Of a stretch of DNA of 61,967 nucleotides, positions 20,351 through 31,695 are shown piece by piece. The stretch comes from a bacterium (lineage in GTDB: Bacteria; Hinthialibacterota; Hinthialibacteria; Hinthialibacterales; Hinthialibacteraceae). A model generated the notes under the pieces. That model was not told the DNA's origin. It saw only the letters and a list, made by a program, of their open reading frames with translations, and made no database searches. The number at the start of each line of letters is the position of its first letter. The first letter of the stretch is position 1. The stretch spans positions 1-61,967 of the forward strand of contig CAXXSM010000027.1 in assembly GCA_963663405.2 (NCBI GenBank). Direction: 5' to 3'. The position numbers and the translations under genes are program-made.

Positions 20351-21196
20351 ATGAGAGAAAACGGATTTCCGCTGGTTTCCGTCGTCATGCCAGCGTACAA
20401 TGCCGAAAAATATATTGAATGCGCTATCGAGAGCATAGTGAATCAGACGTACGAAAATTTTGAGTTTATCATTATCGATGATTGTTCGCAGGATAGCACT
20501 CCTGCGATTATCAAAAGATTTTCTGATTCCGACGCACGAATCAAAGGATATAGAAATGAGGAAAATCTTCATATTGCGCGAAGTTTAAATAAAGGAATCG
20601 GTCATTCAAACGGGAAATATGTCGCGCGGATGGACGCCGATGATTGGGCGTATCCAGACCGGCTGGAAAAACAAGTCCAATTCATGGAGCAGAATCCAGA
20701 TGTCGTTATCTGCGGCGGCCGGATGGAAATCTGCGATGAAGAGTTAAACGTATCCAGCCAAAGAGTGTATCAATTAAAAGATGAAGAGATCCGGCGGCGC
20801 TTGTATTATCATAGTCCATTCTCCCACCCTTTGATCATGATGAGAAAGGACGCCCTTGTCCACGCTGGATTGTATAATGTGAATCTGACAGACGCGGAGG
20901 ATTATGAGTTATATTTCCGGTTGGGGAATCTTGGAAAATTTGGAAATTTGGATGTGGTAATACTCAAATACCGCAAGCAAGACACTTCTTATTCTCACTC
21001 TCGAGTCTATCGTCAGGAATTAAATACTCTGTATGTCCGGATCAAATCCGTTATGGAGTATGGTTATACCATGAGATTTGTAGAAAAGGTCTTTTTAGTT
21101 TTTCAATTATTCAGCCTGAATCTCGTGCCGCCTAAATTCAAAGTCTATCTCTTTAATAAAATTCGAAATACACGAAAACGAGCTAAATCAAATTGA
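20351..21196 (+). CDS. Glycosyltransferase family 2
   Basis: VSVVMPAYN, IIDDCSQD, RMDADD, AEDYEL. Confidence 0.92.
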   Translation: MRENGFPLVSVVMPAYNAEKYIECAIESIVNQTYENFEFIIIDDCSQDSTPAIIKRFSDSDARIKGYRNEENLHIARSLNKGIGHSNGKYVARMDADDWAYPDRLEKQVQFMEQNPDVVICGGRMEICDEELNVSSQRVYQLKDEEIRRRLYYHSPFSHPLIMMRKDALVHAGLYNVNLTDAEDYELYFRLGNLGKFGNLDVVILKYRKQDTSYSHSRVYRQELNTLYVRIKSVMEYGYTMRFVEKVFLVFQLFSLNLVPPKFKVYLFNKIRNTRKRAKSN

Positions 21197-21870
21197 TCGA
21201 TAAACTTAAAAAACTATTGTATCATCTCTATCTTTCGATTGTTCATAACGATCCGTATTCCAAAGCGATACTCCGATTTTTATGGAACCGGGGGGATGAT
21301 CGAGACCGTATACTCTACCCCCTGCGAAAAGAAAGTGTTGTGTTTGATGTAGGAGGATACCGGGGTGATTTCGCGCAAAAAATCTTTACTCGATATCAAT
21401 CAACAATTATGATATTCGAACCCGTTCACGATTTTTACAGCATCATCCAAAAAAGGTTCCAGAAAGAAAAGGATAAAATCTTCGCCTACAATTTTGGACT
21501 AAGCGGCCAGACAAAAGACGAGACCATTGTCATTGATCGGGATGAATCATCTCTTTATCTCCTGTCTGAAGGAAAACGGCAGTCCATACAAATAATGGAT
21601 ATCGTAGAATTCATGGAGACGAACCGGATTGATGCGGTTGATTTGATCAAAATCAATATTGAGGGGGGAGAATATCCTCTTTTGCATCGGATGATCGATG
21701 GCGGGATTATTTCACGATTTAAAAATATTCAGATTCAATTTCATCAAACCTATCCTGGCGCGATCGAGGAACGAAATAAGATTCAGCATAAATTATGCGA
21801 GACGCATACCCAAACGTATGAATATTATTTTGTTTGGGAGAATTGGACGTTAAGGACTAAGACTCAGTAA
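21193..21870 (+). CDS. FkbM family methyltransferase
   Basis: VFDVGGYRG, FEP, LIKINIEGGE. Confidence 0.85.
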   Translation: MIDKLKKLLYHLYLSIVHNDPYSKAILRFLWNRGDDRDRILYPLRKESVVFDVGGYRGDFAQKIFTRYQSTIMIFEPVHDFYSIIQKRFQKEKDKIFAYNFGLSGQTKDETIVIDRDESSLYLLSEGKRQSIQIMDIVEFMETNRIDAVDLIKINIEGGEYPLLHRMIDGGIISRFKNIQIQFHQTYPGAIEERNKIQHKLCETHTQTYEYYFVWENWTLRTKTQ

Positions 21871-21871
21871 C

Positions 21872-22909
21872 ATGCGCATCCTTTATCAAATTCCCAGCCT
21901 TGAAACGATCTATGCCGCTAAGTTTATCTATTTGGGATATAAAAGCGCGTTTGAAGAAGATGGACATGCTTTCCGCCCTCTCACAGCGAACGATGATCTT
22001 CGCCATACGTTGGAATCATTTGAACCGGATATATTCATTACGTCTCTCAATGAATATAATTTAAAATTCTTAGATCTTTCATTACTCAAGAAATTCCGTG
22101 AAAATGGAATGCGGATGTTTACACAAATCCGCCCGTGGAAAACGCAAACAACGCAATATGGCGCCGTCGGGCTTTCTGAATGTCCAAGCCTGATTAAACT
22201 GATCAAAGAGAATCTTGCCGGCGATGTGTTCTTCCACTGGCTGGAACAAGACGATCCATTCATGGATGGCTTTGAAAAAGAAACCGGCTATCCCTTTCAT
22301 ACAATCCTTCTGGCGGCGGATAAATGTCGATTTTTTTATGAATACGATAAAAATTTTGCGTGTGATATTTCCTTCGTTGGAAATTACCTTCCACGAAAGA
22401 AAGCCTTCATTGATAAACATCTGACGCCATTGAAGAAACAATATTCTGTTAATATCTATGGAAATGACTGGACGTTTTTTAATCGGATTCTTGGTTTTGT
22501 ACAAAAGGGCGGACAATATTTAAATATTCCATACCTTAAACAATTAAGAACGATAACTCTTCCATTAGAAGATGAACACAAAGTTTTTTCCTCTTCCCTG
22601 ATATCGTTGAACATCCACGAAGAACATCAACGGAAATACGGGAGCGATTTTAACGAAAGAACGTTTAAAATCATCGCCAGCGGAGGATTCGAAATCTGCG
22701 ATCACGTAAAAGGACTTCGAAAATATTTTTCCGAAGAGGAATTGGTCATTGCGGAAAATACTGAGGAGTGGTACGATAAAATATCTTTTTTCATTCAAAA
22801 TCCAGAGAAAAGAAAACCTTTTATTGAAAAAGGTATGTGTAAAGTTATGTCAGAACATACATATCATAATCGTATACAGGATTTTTTTTATATCTATCAT
22901 AATCTATAA
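21872..22909 (+). CDS. CgeB-like glycosyltransferase (GT-B)
   Basis: DISFVGN, ISLNIH, FNERTFKIIASGGF, HTYHNR. Confidence 0.8.
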   Translation: MRILYQIPSLETIYAAKFIYLGYKSAFEEDGHAFRPLTANDDLRHTLESFEPDIFITSLNEYNLKFLDLSLLKKFRENGMRMFTQIRPWKTQTTQYGAVGLSECPSLIKLIKENLAGDVFFHWLEQDDPFMDGFEKETGYPFHTILLAADKCRFFYEYDKNFACDISFVGNYLPRKKAFIDKHLTPLKKQYSVNIYGNDWTFFNRILGFVQKGGQYLNIPYLKQLRTITLPLEDEHKVFSSSLISLNIHEEHQRKYGSDFNERTFKIIASGGFEICDHVKGLRKYFSEEELVIAENTEEWYDKISFFIQNPEKRKPFIEKGMCKVMSEHTYHNRIQDFFYIYHNL

Positions 22910-22932
22910 ACTAAGATTTTTTAATAGTCATC

Positions 22933-23730
22933 ATGAAAGTTTATATAAAACTCATTCTAAACAAGATTAAGCAGGCCGGATTACTAAAAACCGGGATGTA
23001 TTGTATAGCCGCTTTTTTTTATCCGATTTACAGAAAGATTTATTTAGAATTCGTTAGACATTCATATTCACAAAAACAGGAAGATTTAATCATTGATCGT
23101 CTGCTAAATTATCCAAAAACTGGTTTCTATATTGATATTGGAGCCAATGATCCTGTGAGATTGAATAACACAAAAAGATTCTACGATAGAGGTTGGACTG
23201 GAATTAATATTGAACCAAATTATATTAAATATAACAAGTTACAATCAGAAAGATCACGCGATATTAATTTAAATATCGCGCTATCCGACGCTTCTAGAGA
23301 TGATCTTATATTTTATATTTTTGATGCCGATGCCATTTCCACTCTATCAAAGGATCAAGCTCGATATTATCAAAAAGTTGGATATAAAATATTGGAAGAA
23401 CGCAAAATTATTACAAGCACATTGCAGAATATTTTCGAGACCTATATAAAAAGCCAACCAATTGATTTCTTAAGCATTGATACTGAAGGCTTCGATTTAA
23501 TTATTTTGAAAAGTAATGATTGGGAAAAATACCGCCCAAACATTATCATCATTGAATCGAGTGAACTAGATGATACTGTTAACAAAGCTAGCGTTCAAGA
23601 TAATCAAAGTGTTTTTTTTCAAAATATAGGTTATCGTCTAGTGTCTCAAACAACACATTTTGGCAATCTTCTTAATTCTATTTATATCGATACATGGATT
23701 GATCATTCTCACAATACGATTAATCAATAA
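22933..23730 (+). CDS. FkbM family methyltransferase
   Basis: YSQKQED, YIDIGANDP, GWTGINIEPN, LSIDTEGFD. Confidence 0.88.
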   Translation: MKVYIKLILNKIKQAGLLKTGMYCIAAFFYPIYRKIYLEFVRHSYSQKQEDLIIDRLLNYPKTGFYIDIGANDPVRLNNTKRFYDRGWTGINIEPNYIKYNKLQSERSRDINLNIALSDASRDDLIFYIFDADAISTLSKDQARYYQKVGYKILEERKIITSTLQNIFETYIKSQPIDFLSIDTEGFDLIILKSNDWEKYRPNIIIIESSELDDTVNKASVQDNQSVFFQNIGYRLVSQTTHFGNLLNSIYIDTWIDHSHNTINQ

Positions 23731-23806
23731 TATTCATTAATTCTCAATTTATGATTACAAACTATATTTATATATATTAAAGTTCATAAAAAAACAGGAT
23801 AAAATA

Positions 23807-24565
23807 ATGAATGTAAAAAATATATTCTATTTTCTGATTTATTTAATTTTAAATCCCAAATATTCTATATATCTTTTTTCGGGTATTGCTAACGAATATA
23901 TACAATATAAATGGCTTCAAAAATATAACATAAAAACATTTATTGATGTTGGCGCAAACAAAGGTATGATTTTCAAAGTAATTAATATGATGTTTCCACA
24001 AGCGAATATTTATGCCTTTGAGCCAATACCAGTTGAGTACAATAGCTTATTAAGAAAAACCAAAAAAGATAATATAATTATCGAACCATATGCAATTAGC
24101 AATGTTAATGGAAATTTTACATTTTACATTAATGATTTTAATCCAGCTTCTTCTTTGCTCCAATTATCTGATATAGGAGCGCAAAAACATAAATTTTTAA
24201 AAAATGTTAATTCAATTGATGTTAAAACAATGACATTGGATGAGTATTTCAAAGACAAATCGTTAGAAAAAAATGTTTTATTGAAGATTGATGTCCAGGG
24301 CGCAGAACAATTAGTATTAGAAGGTGGCCAGAAAATACTCCAAGATATTGATATTATAATTTTGGAAATATCCTACATACCTATTTATGAAAACTCATGT
24401 TCTTTTGATGATATATATAAAATTCTATCCACATATGATTTTATCTATTCCGGGAGCATCAGAGAATCAGAGTACTATCCAATTTTTAAGTTGAAAACGC
24501 AGGAAAATTGTATTTTTTTGAAGAAATCTATATATGATAACTATATAGATAATTATTTAATTTAA
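23807..24565 (+). CDS. FkbM family methyltransferase
   Basis: FIDVGANKG, AFEP, LLKIDVQGAE. Confidence 0.88.
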   Translation: MNVKNIFYFLIYLILNPKYSIYLFSGIANEYIQYKWLQKYNIKTFIDVGANKGMIFKVINMMFPQANIYAFEPIPVEYNSLLRKTKKDNIIIEPYAISNVNGNFTFYINDFNPASSLLQLSDIGAQKHKFLKNVNSIDVKTMTLDEYFKDKSLEKNVLLKIDVQGAEQLVLEGGQKILQDIDIIILEISYIPIYENSCSFDDIYKILSTYDFIYSGSIRESEYYPIFKLKTQENCIFLKKSIYDNYIDNYLI

Positions 24566-24591
24566 CTAAATAACATGGCTATCAAATAATC

Positions 24592-26859
24592 GTGGATATA
24601 AAATTTAATACTAAATTAAAGTCATTTTTAATTAATGGTTTTTTACCCTTATTCCTTTTTTTGATTTTTATTTTTTTTATCTCATACAAAATACTACCAT
24701 TGAACGGTGAAATCATCTCCTACTCCGATATCTCGTACAATTGGATAGATAGTTCTAGAAATTACTGTTCTACTTGGGTTGTATCCCAACTCGGTTCACC
24801 CGCCGTAGCCCAGATATATTCATATTTTCTTTACATTGTTCAATCATTATCAATGTTTTTAGTTAGTTTAAAAAATGGGGATGCGTATCATTGTTTCTTT
24901 CAATACTATTTCCCGATCTATTTAACCTGTATAATCGTTTATTATTCTATTTTTCAAATTTCTCATAATATCATCTATTCCTATTTTTCGGGTATATTGA
25001 TAATATTTAACAACTTTATATTGGAGCAAATGCTAGTTTGGTCTGGCCATTTCTTTTATTGTCTATCTGCATTATGTTTACTTTTCTACATTTTTTGGTG
25101 TATCAATGAATATGGATTAAGAGTATACTACATTGCGTATATTGTGCTTATTTCCTTTCTCGAATGGCATCCATTTATGTTATTCATTTATGTTTCATTG
25201 GTAATACTCTTTTTATTTATTGAATTTATTTTTACGAAGCAATTCAAGTATGTGTCTGCAATCTTCCTATCTGTTTTTCTTATCATTTTCACAAATTTTT
25301 ATTGGGTATTACCTTTTCTATACAATCTCATTTCTTCTACTGCTAAGCAAACCCATTTGGGCTATGTGAAAGGGGCGTATGGCGCATATTATTATACAGC
25401 TGGTTATGTAAATTTCCTAAATCTTTTGAATTATCCTATGATCGCCAATAGATCGGTCTTTGAATACATACACAATTCTTATCAGTTTTTATTTAATATA
25501 ATCATCTTATTCTTTGTATGTACTTTACTTTTTATCTATAATCGAAAAAAGAATTTAGTACAATATAGATTAGTATTAATTTTTCTTTTTATCTATTTAT
25601 TCTATTTTAATCTTGCTTTAGGCCCCAAATCTGTAATAACTGGAGATATATGGAAATGGGCATTTGATAATCTTCCAGGATTTTTATATTTCCGTTCCTT
25701 CACTCGTTTTATTATCGTAACTCTAATATCTCTTATTTTCGCAGGAGCTATTTTGTTGCAAAATTGCAAATTGCGTTATCATAATATCGTGTTATTAGCA
25801 TTGATTGTTTTAAACGTAACTTCATATCACATATTCATTTCAGGCACATTCAAAGGACTTGTAAACAATTTCATTGTTCCACACGAGTATTATGATATTA
25901 ACAATAAATATTTTCAGCAAAATGGTTCCACACCTACTTTCAATATATTATCATTTCCACATGTTCCAAATGAATCCTACACTTGGATACCAGACGAAAA
26001 ACCTGACATTAGAAAAATTTCTCTTTTTTTTCAGTCTAAATTCTTTAGCTCACCTGTGCTGGTCAATCACGAAGCCTATTATGAAAACTTAAGTATAGAT
26101 GAATACGAAGATGTATTTAGTTTTCACCATAAAAATGTAGATATATCGGAACGTTTTATAGAGAAGATAAATCAGTTGAACGTAAAGTACATTATTGTTC
26201 ATAATGATATCGTTGACACATGGAAAAAGAATAATATACCTGTCAATCCGCAAAAATATAACACGGTTCTTTCTACAAACAAATCACAATTTAAGATTGT
26301 TGAAAGAAATTCCTATTTCACATTATATGAAAATAAGAACTTTTTTCCTATATTATATGGTCAAAACGTTACGTTTCAGCGGATTTACGATACAAAATAT
26401 CGTATCAAAATTAGTAATATTGATGCAACATCCATCTTGACTTTTTTACAACGATTTAATCCTAATTGGAATATTTATTTGGATGAATATTATGCATGGG
26501 ATTTTAGAGAGGATTTTTCATATGATTTTCCAACATTGTCTACGGCTGAATACATTAATAAAAAATCATTTTTTGAAGGGGATGAGTTATTCTATTTATT
26601 GAAATCCAACAGTTTTGAGAACTCACATAAAGAAGTACATTATTTCGCTAATCAATGGAAGATTGATTCACAGTTTATACTCAATCATTTTCCGGCTACA
26701 TTCTATTGCAAAAATCAAGATAATAGTATAGATATAAAATTAACTTTGATATTTAAACCACAATTATTATTTTACTTTGGTATATGCATCTCTTTCATTT
26801 GTATACTAATTTTAATCATTTATGTGCTGATACAAAGATCTAAAAAACACTATTTATAA
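24592..26859 (+). CDS. Multi-TM membrane protein (GT-C-like), AT-rich
   Basis: 755 aa; ~11 N-terminal TMs, FRSFTRF, LNVKYIIVH, FANQW, final TM. Confidence 0.6.
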   Translation: MDIKFNTKLKSFLINGFLPLFLFLIFIFFISYKILPLNGEIISYSDISYNWIDSSRNYCSTWVVSQLGSPAVAQIYSYFLYIVQSLSMFLVSLKNGDAYHCFFQYYFPIYLTCIIVYYSIFQISHNIIYSYFSGILIIFNNFILEQMLVWSGHFFYCLSALCLLFYIFWCINEYGLRVYYIAYIVLISFLEWHPFMLFIYVSLVILFLFIEFIFTKQFKYVSAIFLSVFLIIFTNFYWVLPFLYNLISSTAKQTHLGYVKGAYGAYYYTAGYVNFLNLLNYPMIANRSVFEYIHNSYQFLFNIIILFFVCTLLFIYNRKKNLVQYRLVLIFLFIYLFYFNLALGPKSVITGDIWKWAFDNLPGFLYFRSFTRFIIVTLISLIFAGAILLQNCKLRYHNIVLLALIVLNVTSYHIFISGTFKGLVNNFIVPHEYYDINNKYFQQNGSTPTFNILSFPHVPNESYTWIPDEKPDIRKISLFFQSKFFSSPVLVNHEAYYENLSIDEYEDVFSFHHKNVDISERFIEKINQLNVKYIIVHNDIVDTWKKNNIPVNPQKYNTVLSTNKSQFKIVERNSYFTLYENKNFFPILYGQNVTFQRIYDTKYRIKISNIDATSILTFLQRFNPNWNIYLDEYYAWDFREDFSYDFPTLSTAEYINKKSFFEGDELFYLLKSNSFENSHKEVHYFANQWKIDSQFILNHFPATFYCKNQDNSIDIKLTLIFKPQLLFYFGICISFICILILIIYVLIQRSKKHYL

Positions 26860-26888
26860 TTCTTCAAAATATAATTAGGTATTTTATT

Positions 26889-27761
26889 ATGGATAGAATA
26901 AATTTTATAGGTATTGGACAACCTAGAAGTGGAACTACATGGATATCAAATTGTTTAGAGGAACATCCTGATGTGCTTTTTTCGAGTAAAAAGACAGTCA
27001 AAGAAATAAATTTTTTTAACAGTTTACCCCCTTATATAAACTATCATAAAGGGATTCAATGGTATTTAAACCAGTTTCCTGATTACCAAGAAGGTAAAAT
27101 AAGAGGAGAATTCAGCACTTCATACATGTGCGATCCTGACGCATATAAAAATATCCAAAAACATTTCCCAAACGTGAAAATACTTGTTATTCTCCGAAAT
27201 CCAGTGGATTTCCTTTTTTCATTGTATATGTGGTGTAAACAAAGCGTATTATACCATGATTTACCTGATACAATTACCAACCTGATCGAAGATCAGAAAT
27301 ATTACCCTCAATTTGTCGATAAAGGTTCTTATTATAAGTACTTAAAGGAGTATTACGATTGTTTTCCGAAAGGAAATATTCATGTAATGATATATGAGGA
27401 TATTATTATTCAACCTGAAAATCTTGTGAAAAATTTATATTCATTCCTGGGAATTGACGCTACATACATTCCTTCTGTCCTAAACAAAAAAGTAAACACG
27501 AGCATAAAAACAAGATTCAATTCCATACATAATATTATTTGTAAAATATCAGATTATTTCAAACAGAATTATCCAAAATTTCACCATTTTTATTATAATA
27601 GAAGATTATTTCAAGTACTATATTTTTATTTTATGTATAAAAGATCCAATTACAATCCATTGAATGATGATACCCGAAAAATAATCTATCAATTATATCG
27701 CGATGATATTATACAGCTAGAATCATTAATACAACGTGATTTGTCGATATGGAAAATTTAA
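26889..27761 (+). CDS. Sulfotransferase family protein
   Basis: IGQPRSGTTW (5'-PSB loop), KEINFF, GEFSTSY, LRNPVD..FS. Confidence 0.88.
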   Translation: MDRINFIGIGQPRSGTTWISNCLEEHPDVLFSSKKTVKEINFFNSLPPYINYHKGIQWYLNQFPDYQEGKIRGEFSTSYMCDPDAYKNIQKHFPNVKILVILRNPVDFLFSLYMWCKQSVLYHDLPDTITNLIEDQKYYPQFVDKGSYYKYLKEYYDCFPKGNIHVMIYEDIIIQPENLVKNLYSFLGIDATYIPSVLNKKVNTSIKTRFNSIHNIICKISDYFKQNYPKFHHFYYNRRLFQVLYFYFMYKRSNYNPLNDDTRKIIYQLYRDDIIQLESLIQRDLSIWKI

Positions 27762-27901
27762 GAGATACATTATTAGATAGATTTTATGTGGCTTTACCCG
27801 TATCTGTTTCAGTCTTATCAATTATTAAAAGCAGTGTATGCAAACGATTAAAATTGATTTTCAATAAAAATTGATAGTGTAGAGCTCACGGATAAATCTC
27901 A

Positions 27902-29029
27902 ATGATAAATAAATTATATAAAAAATTATATAATCTTATTATCAATATCATTATTGTTATGATATCAACTATAATTACAGTTACTATAATAGAAATCACA
28001 TTTTCTTTTATCATAAGAGATGCTAAATCAATAAAACTGAAAAATAATCTGAAAACTTTTTTAAAAGCATATGAATGTTCATACAAATTATATCACTACA
28101 TACCAAATTCAATAATCCCGCATAGCACAAGTGAATACGATGTAGTATATACAATTGATAAATATGGATATCGCAATCAGGAGGATTATGATTATTACGA
28201 TCATAATATTGTAGTAATTGGAGATTCATTTGCATTTGGCTTTGGTGTGGGAGACAACGAAGTATTTTCTCGTAAAATTCAATCATATAATGCAGGATTA
28301 TGGGGGCTTTCATTTAACTATCACTTAGAAGTATTAAAAAATATCTTAACATTTCAAACCCCTAAAAAAGTAATTTGGACTATATATCCATCTCATATTA
28401 TATCCATGACTGAGAGTCAATGGAAAGAAATATGTCCCGGAGATAAAGAAATTGAATTAAATAATATATTCCTATATTTTCTGAATAAAACATTGCCATT
28501 CATAACAAATCTTTATACTTTTAAATTTTTAAAGAATAGACTTAAAATAAAAGAGATTTATATTCGTAATAATAAAATCGTTATTCGAAAAGATTGTTAT
28601 TTTTTTAAAGAGATTATTCTATATGATAAAAAGATTAAAAATAATCAATATACTAGTAACAACGATGTGAATAAAAAGATATGTCAGGAGATGATTGAGG
28701 CTTATCGCAAATTTGACGATATTGTTAATACACTAATGGATATTTCTAATGAAAAAGGTATACAAATAATTCCTTTAATCGTTCCATCAAAACTCCAATT
28801 GAGAATGATAAAGGACTGGACTAATATGTCAAATATAGATCCTTATTTACCCAACAAAAAGATAAAAGAAATATTAATAAAGAATGGCGTTAACAAAAGT
28901 CAGATAATCGACTTATTAAATGTATTCATAAAAAGAGATGACATACATAAAATATATTATAAGAATGATGCCCACTGGACAAGTTACGGCCATGCAGTTG
29001 TCGCAGAAATATTGAACGAATATAAATAA
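27902..29029 (+). CDS. SGNH-hydrolase / AlgJ-like O-acyltransferase-type protein
   Basis: N-terminal TM, IGDSFAFG block, DAHWTSYGH (DxH). Confidence 0.75.
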   Translation: MINKLYKKLYNLIINIIIVMISTIITVTIIEITFSFIIRDAKSIKLKNNLKTFLKAYECSYKLYHYIPNSIIPHSTSEYDVVYTIDKYGYRNQEDYDYYDHNIVVIGDSFAFGFGVGDNEVFSRKIQSYNAGLWGLSFNYHLEVLKNILTFQTPKKVIWTIYPSHIISMTESQWKEICPGDKEIELNNIFLYFLNKTLPFITNLYTFKFLKNRLKIKEIYIRNNKIVIRKDCYFFKEIILYDKKIKNNQYTSNNDVNKKICQEMIEAYRKFDDIVNTLMDISNEKGIQIIPLIVPSKLQLRMIKDWTNMSNIDPYLPNKKIKEILIKNGVNKSQIIDLLNVFIKRDDIHKIYYKNDAHWTSYGHAVVAEILNEYK

Positions 29030-29130
29030 AAACCGTTCTGAATATTGTTCGTATTAACATAAATAAGAAAATATGGTATATGGATTTTAGTAAAAGGTAA
29101 TACATCACAATAAGTATGGATGAATTTTTT

Positions 29131-30093
29131 TCATAAATCATCAAGCATTACAATTCCTTTTTTATTACCTCCCCCAATCTTTTCCTTCACAATGTACAAT
29201 GGCCGGCGGATCACTTCAGTATGGATATGGGCGATATACATCGCGATCAATCCTAAGGCGGTTAGAATAATTCCACTTAAAAACGCGTTTAGCACTGCAA
29301 AATACGCTTGGGGAGTGTAGCCCATATAGTTATCCGAAATCAGCATGTAGATCAAGAGAAAAAAAGTGAATGAAGTGATACCCACGCCAAGATAACCGGC
29401 GATCCGCAATGGCAGAAAGGAAAATGAAGTGATCGAATTCAGCGCCAAGCGCACAAGCCGGCTGAAATTAAAGGAGGAATCCCCTCCGACTCGATCCGGA
29501 GATGTAAATTCAAGAGCGATTTTACTGAATCCCATCCAATCGATCATTCCGCGGAAGAATCGAGTGCGTTCTTCAAAAGTCTGGAATACTCGGATGACGT
29601 GTTGATCCAAGAGCCTGAAATCGGTGGAATTCGGAGTGAGAGAAATATTTGAAAAACGGTTTAATATAAAATAGAATAGTTTGGCGCCGATTTTACGGAT
29701 CAGCGTATGGTTGATATCCGTGCGAACGGCGCTGACAATTTGATAGCCTTCTCTCCATCGATCGACCATTTGAGGAATCAATTCCGGAGGGTGCTGCAGA
29801 TCAGCGTCGATAAAAATAACCGCGTCCGCATCGCCAACCTGATCTACACCGGCGGAAAGAGCGATCTCTTTGCCAAAATTTCTTGACAGGCACACGCCTT
29901 TAATTCGATCGTCTAAGTTCGATAGAGTAATTATCTTCAACCAGGAATCATCCAAGCTGCCATCATTAATAAATACAATCTCCCACGAATAATCGCGCAG
30001 CGATTCCATGGTGGATTGAATCGCTTTGTAAAACGACTCAAGGTTTTCTGATTCATTGTACACAGGTACAACAAGCGATATTTTTGAAACCAT
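29131..30093 (-). CDS. GT2 polyprenol-phosphate glycosyltransferase (GtrB-like)
   Basis: VVPVYNE, INDGS.D, LSRNFGKE, DADLQHPP, DFRLLD, two C-terminal TMs, RPLY. Confidence 0.9.
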   Translation of the reverse strand: MVSKISLVVPVYNESENLESFYKAIQSTMESLRDYSWEIVFINDGSLDDSWLKIITLSNLDDRIKGVCLSRNFGKEIALSAGVDQVGDADAVIFIDADLQHPPELIPQMVDRWREGYQIVSAVRTDINHTLIRKIGAKLFYFILNRFSNISLTPNSTDFRLLDQHVIRVFQTFEERTRFFRGMIDWMGFSKIALEFTSPDRVGGDSSFNFSRLVRLALNSITSFSFLPLRIAGYLGVGITSFTFFLLIYMLISDNYMGYTPQAYFAVLNAFLSGIILTALGLIAMYIAHIHTEVIRRPLYIVKEKIGGGNKKGIVMLDDL

Positions 30094-30499
30094 AATGTTT
30101 TGTGTAGTGCAAACTGTCTCTATTAATAATCACCTGAGATGAAGAACGGAATTAATTCTTGATTTTACCGCTTTGCCAAAGAGATGAACACCTTTATAAT
30201 CTATAATTGGAAAATCATGAATATCAAAACAAGATAACTGTTTTTTTACTGCATAAGCGTGATTAAAATTATACTGCGGATACCAATACAAAATCAAGAG
30301 GACTTTGTATGTGATCCTATGCATTCACTTGATTTACTTTTTTTGCAAAAATGCTTCCGTTTTACTGGTGTACATCATCTTGCCTTATATGCGCAGGTCT
30401 GAGTTTTGAGTTTATTGGAAAATTTGTATCGAGTAATATAGAGTTGTCAGACGTAATTATATCCATGACTCAATCGATTCACTTCCATACATTACTTTT

Positions 30500-31651
30500 A
30501 TGAAAATTCTTTTTGAAGGGCAAAGTCTACTTCCTCCAAGAACGGGTATTGGCCGGGTAACCGCTTATTTACTGCGTCATTTAGACCATCAGCATGAAAT
30601 CGAAGCGATCCATACTTTTCTATCCGTGTTTCCATGGGGTCAATATTGGAATTCTTCACTCCGCTCATTGCAAGGTATGGATTTTTCCAACAAGATTGCA
30701 TTTCACCGGCTTCCCATTCCACAAGGGCATATACTTACCATATGGAATCGATATTCATTCCCTCCAGTTGAATGGATTTTACCAAAAGCAGATCTCGTAG
30801 TTGGTCCAGCCCATGTACTTCCATCACGTGCTACTACACCCGGAATACTAACGTTATTCGATACTTCATTGATCGAACATCCAGAATGGTATTCCAAAAG
30901 CGCGGCTGGCTATCGAAAGCAAATCATAAATGGAATCCACTTTGCGGATGGATTGATTGTCCCCAGTAACATTGTAAAAGAAAAACTCATACACCTCTTT
31001 GGCCGTAAAGAAAAGGGAATTGATGTGATTCCCTGTCCGTTCGAAGGTGAATATCAAGTTATTAACCGATCCATGAAACATACGATTCGACTTGAGCGCT
31101 TTGGTAATACAGATCCATATATCTGTTGGATTGGAGAGATCAATCCCCGGAAGAATGTGCCACTATTATTCTCATTACTTAAACGACTGCTGTCAAATCC
31201 AAACAAAAAAGTGAAACTGGTATTGATTGGTGGTTTCGGTTTTCAAGGAGAAGAAATTGTCACCTCCGCACAGCAATACAATTTACAGATCGCTCAATGG
31301 CAAAAAGACCATCCACCAAAGGAATACGACATTCTCTTAACCGGTTATGTTAACGATAAGGATAAAAAAGAGATCTTATCCGCGTCAGATATACTTGTTT
31401 TTCCTTCCTTGGATGAAGGATTTGGGTATCCAATATTAGAAGCAATGGCGTCTGGCGTCCCAGTTGTTTGTTCAAAAGCCGGTTCCATACCAGAGATTGC
31501 GGGAGATTCGGCGCTAATCGTTGATGAAGTAAGCGATCTGGATGAGTATGTACAGCGTTGTGAAGAATTACTCTCTTCCAATCAGATGTATGAAATGTAT
31601 AGAAACAAAGGACTGATTCATCAAAAAAAAATATCGGAACAATCCATTTGA
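30500..31651 (+). CDS. Glycosyltransferase family 4
   Basis: RTGIGR, PRKN, FPSLDEGFGYPILEAMASG; 3' end possibly shortened at an A tract. Confidence 0.88.
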   Translation: MKILFEGQSLLPPRTGIGRVTAYLLRHLDHQHEIEAIHTFLSVFPWGQYWNSSLRSLQGMDFSNKIAFHRLPIPQGHILTIWNRYSFPPVEWILPKADLVVGPAHVLPSRATTPGILTLFDTSLIEHPEWYSKSAAGYRKQIINGIHFADGLIVPSNIVKEKLIHLFGRKEKGIDVIPCPFEGEYQVINRSMKHTIRLERFGNTDPYICWIGEINPRKNVPLLFSLLKRLLSNPNKKVKLVLIGGFGFQGEEIVTSAQQYNLQIAQWQKDHPPKEYDILLTGYVNDKDKKEILSASDILVFPSLDEGFGYPILEAMASGVPVVCSKAGSIPEIAGDSALIVDEVSDLDEYVQRCEELLSSNQMYEMYRNKGLIHQKKISEQSI

Positions 31652-31695
31652 GGATATTCTTTCGATCTACAAAAAGTATATCTAAATAGGATGAT

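Noticed and set aside
30100-30350. GtrA-like gene upstream of the GtrB-like glycosyltransferase
   Set aside because: I found no convincing hydrophobic reading frame.
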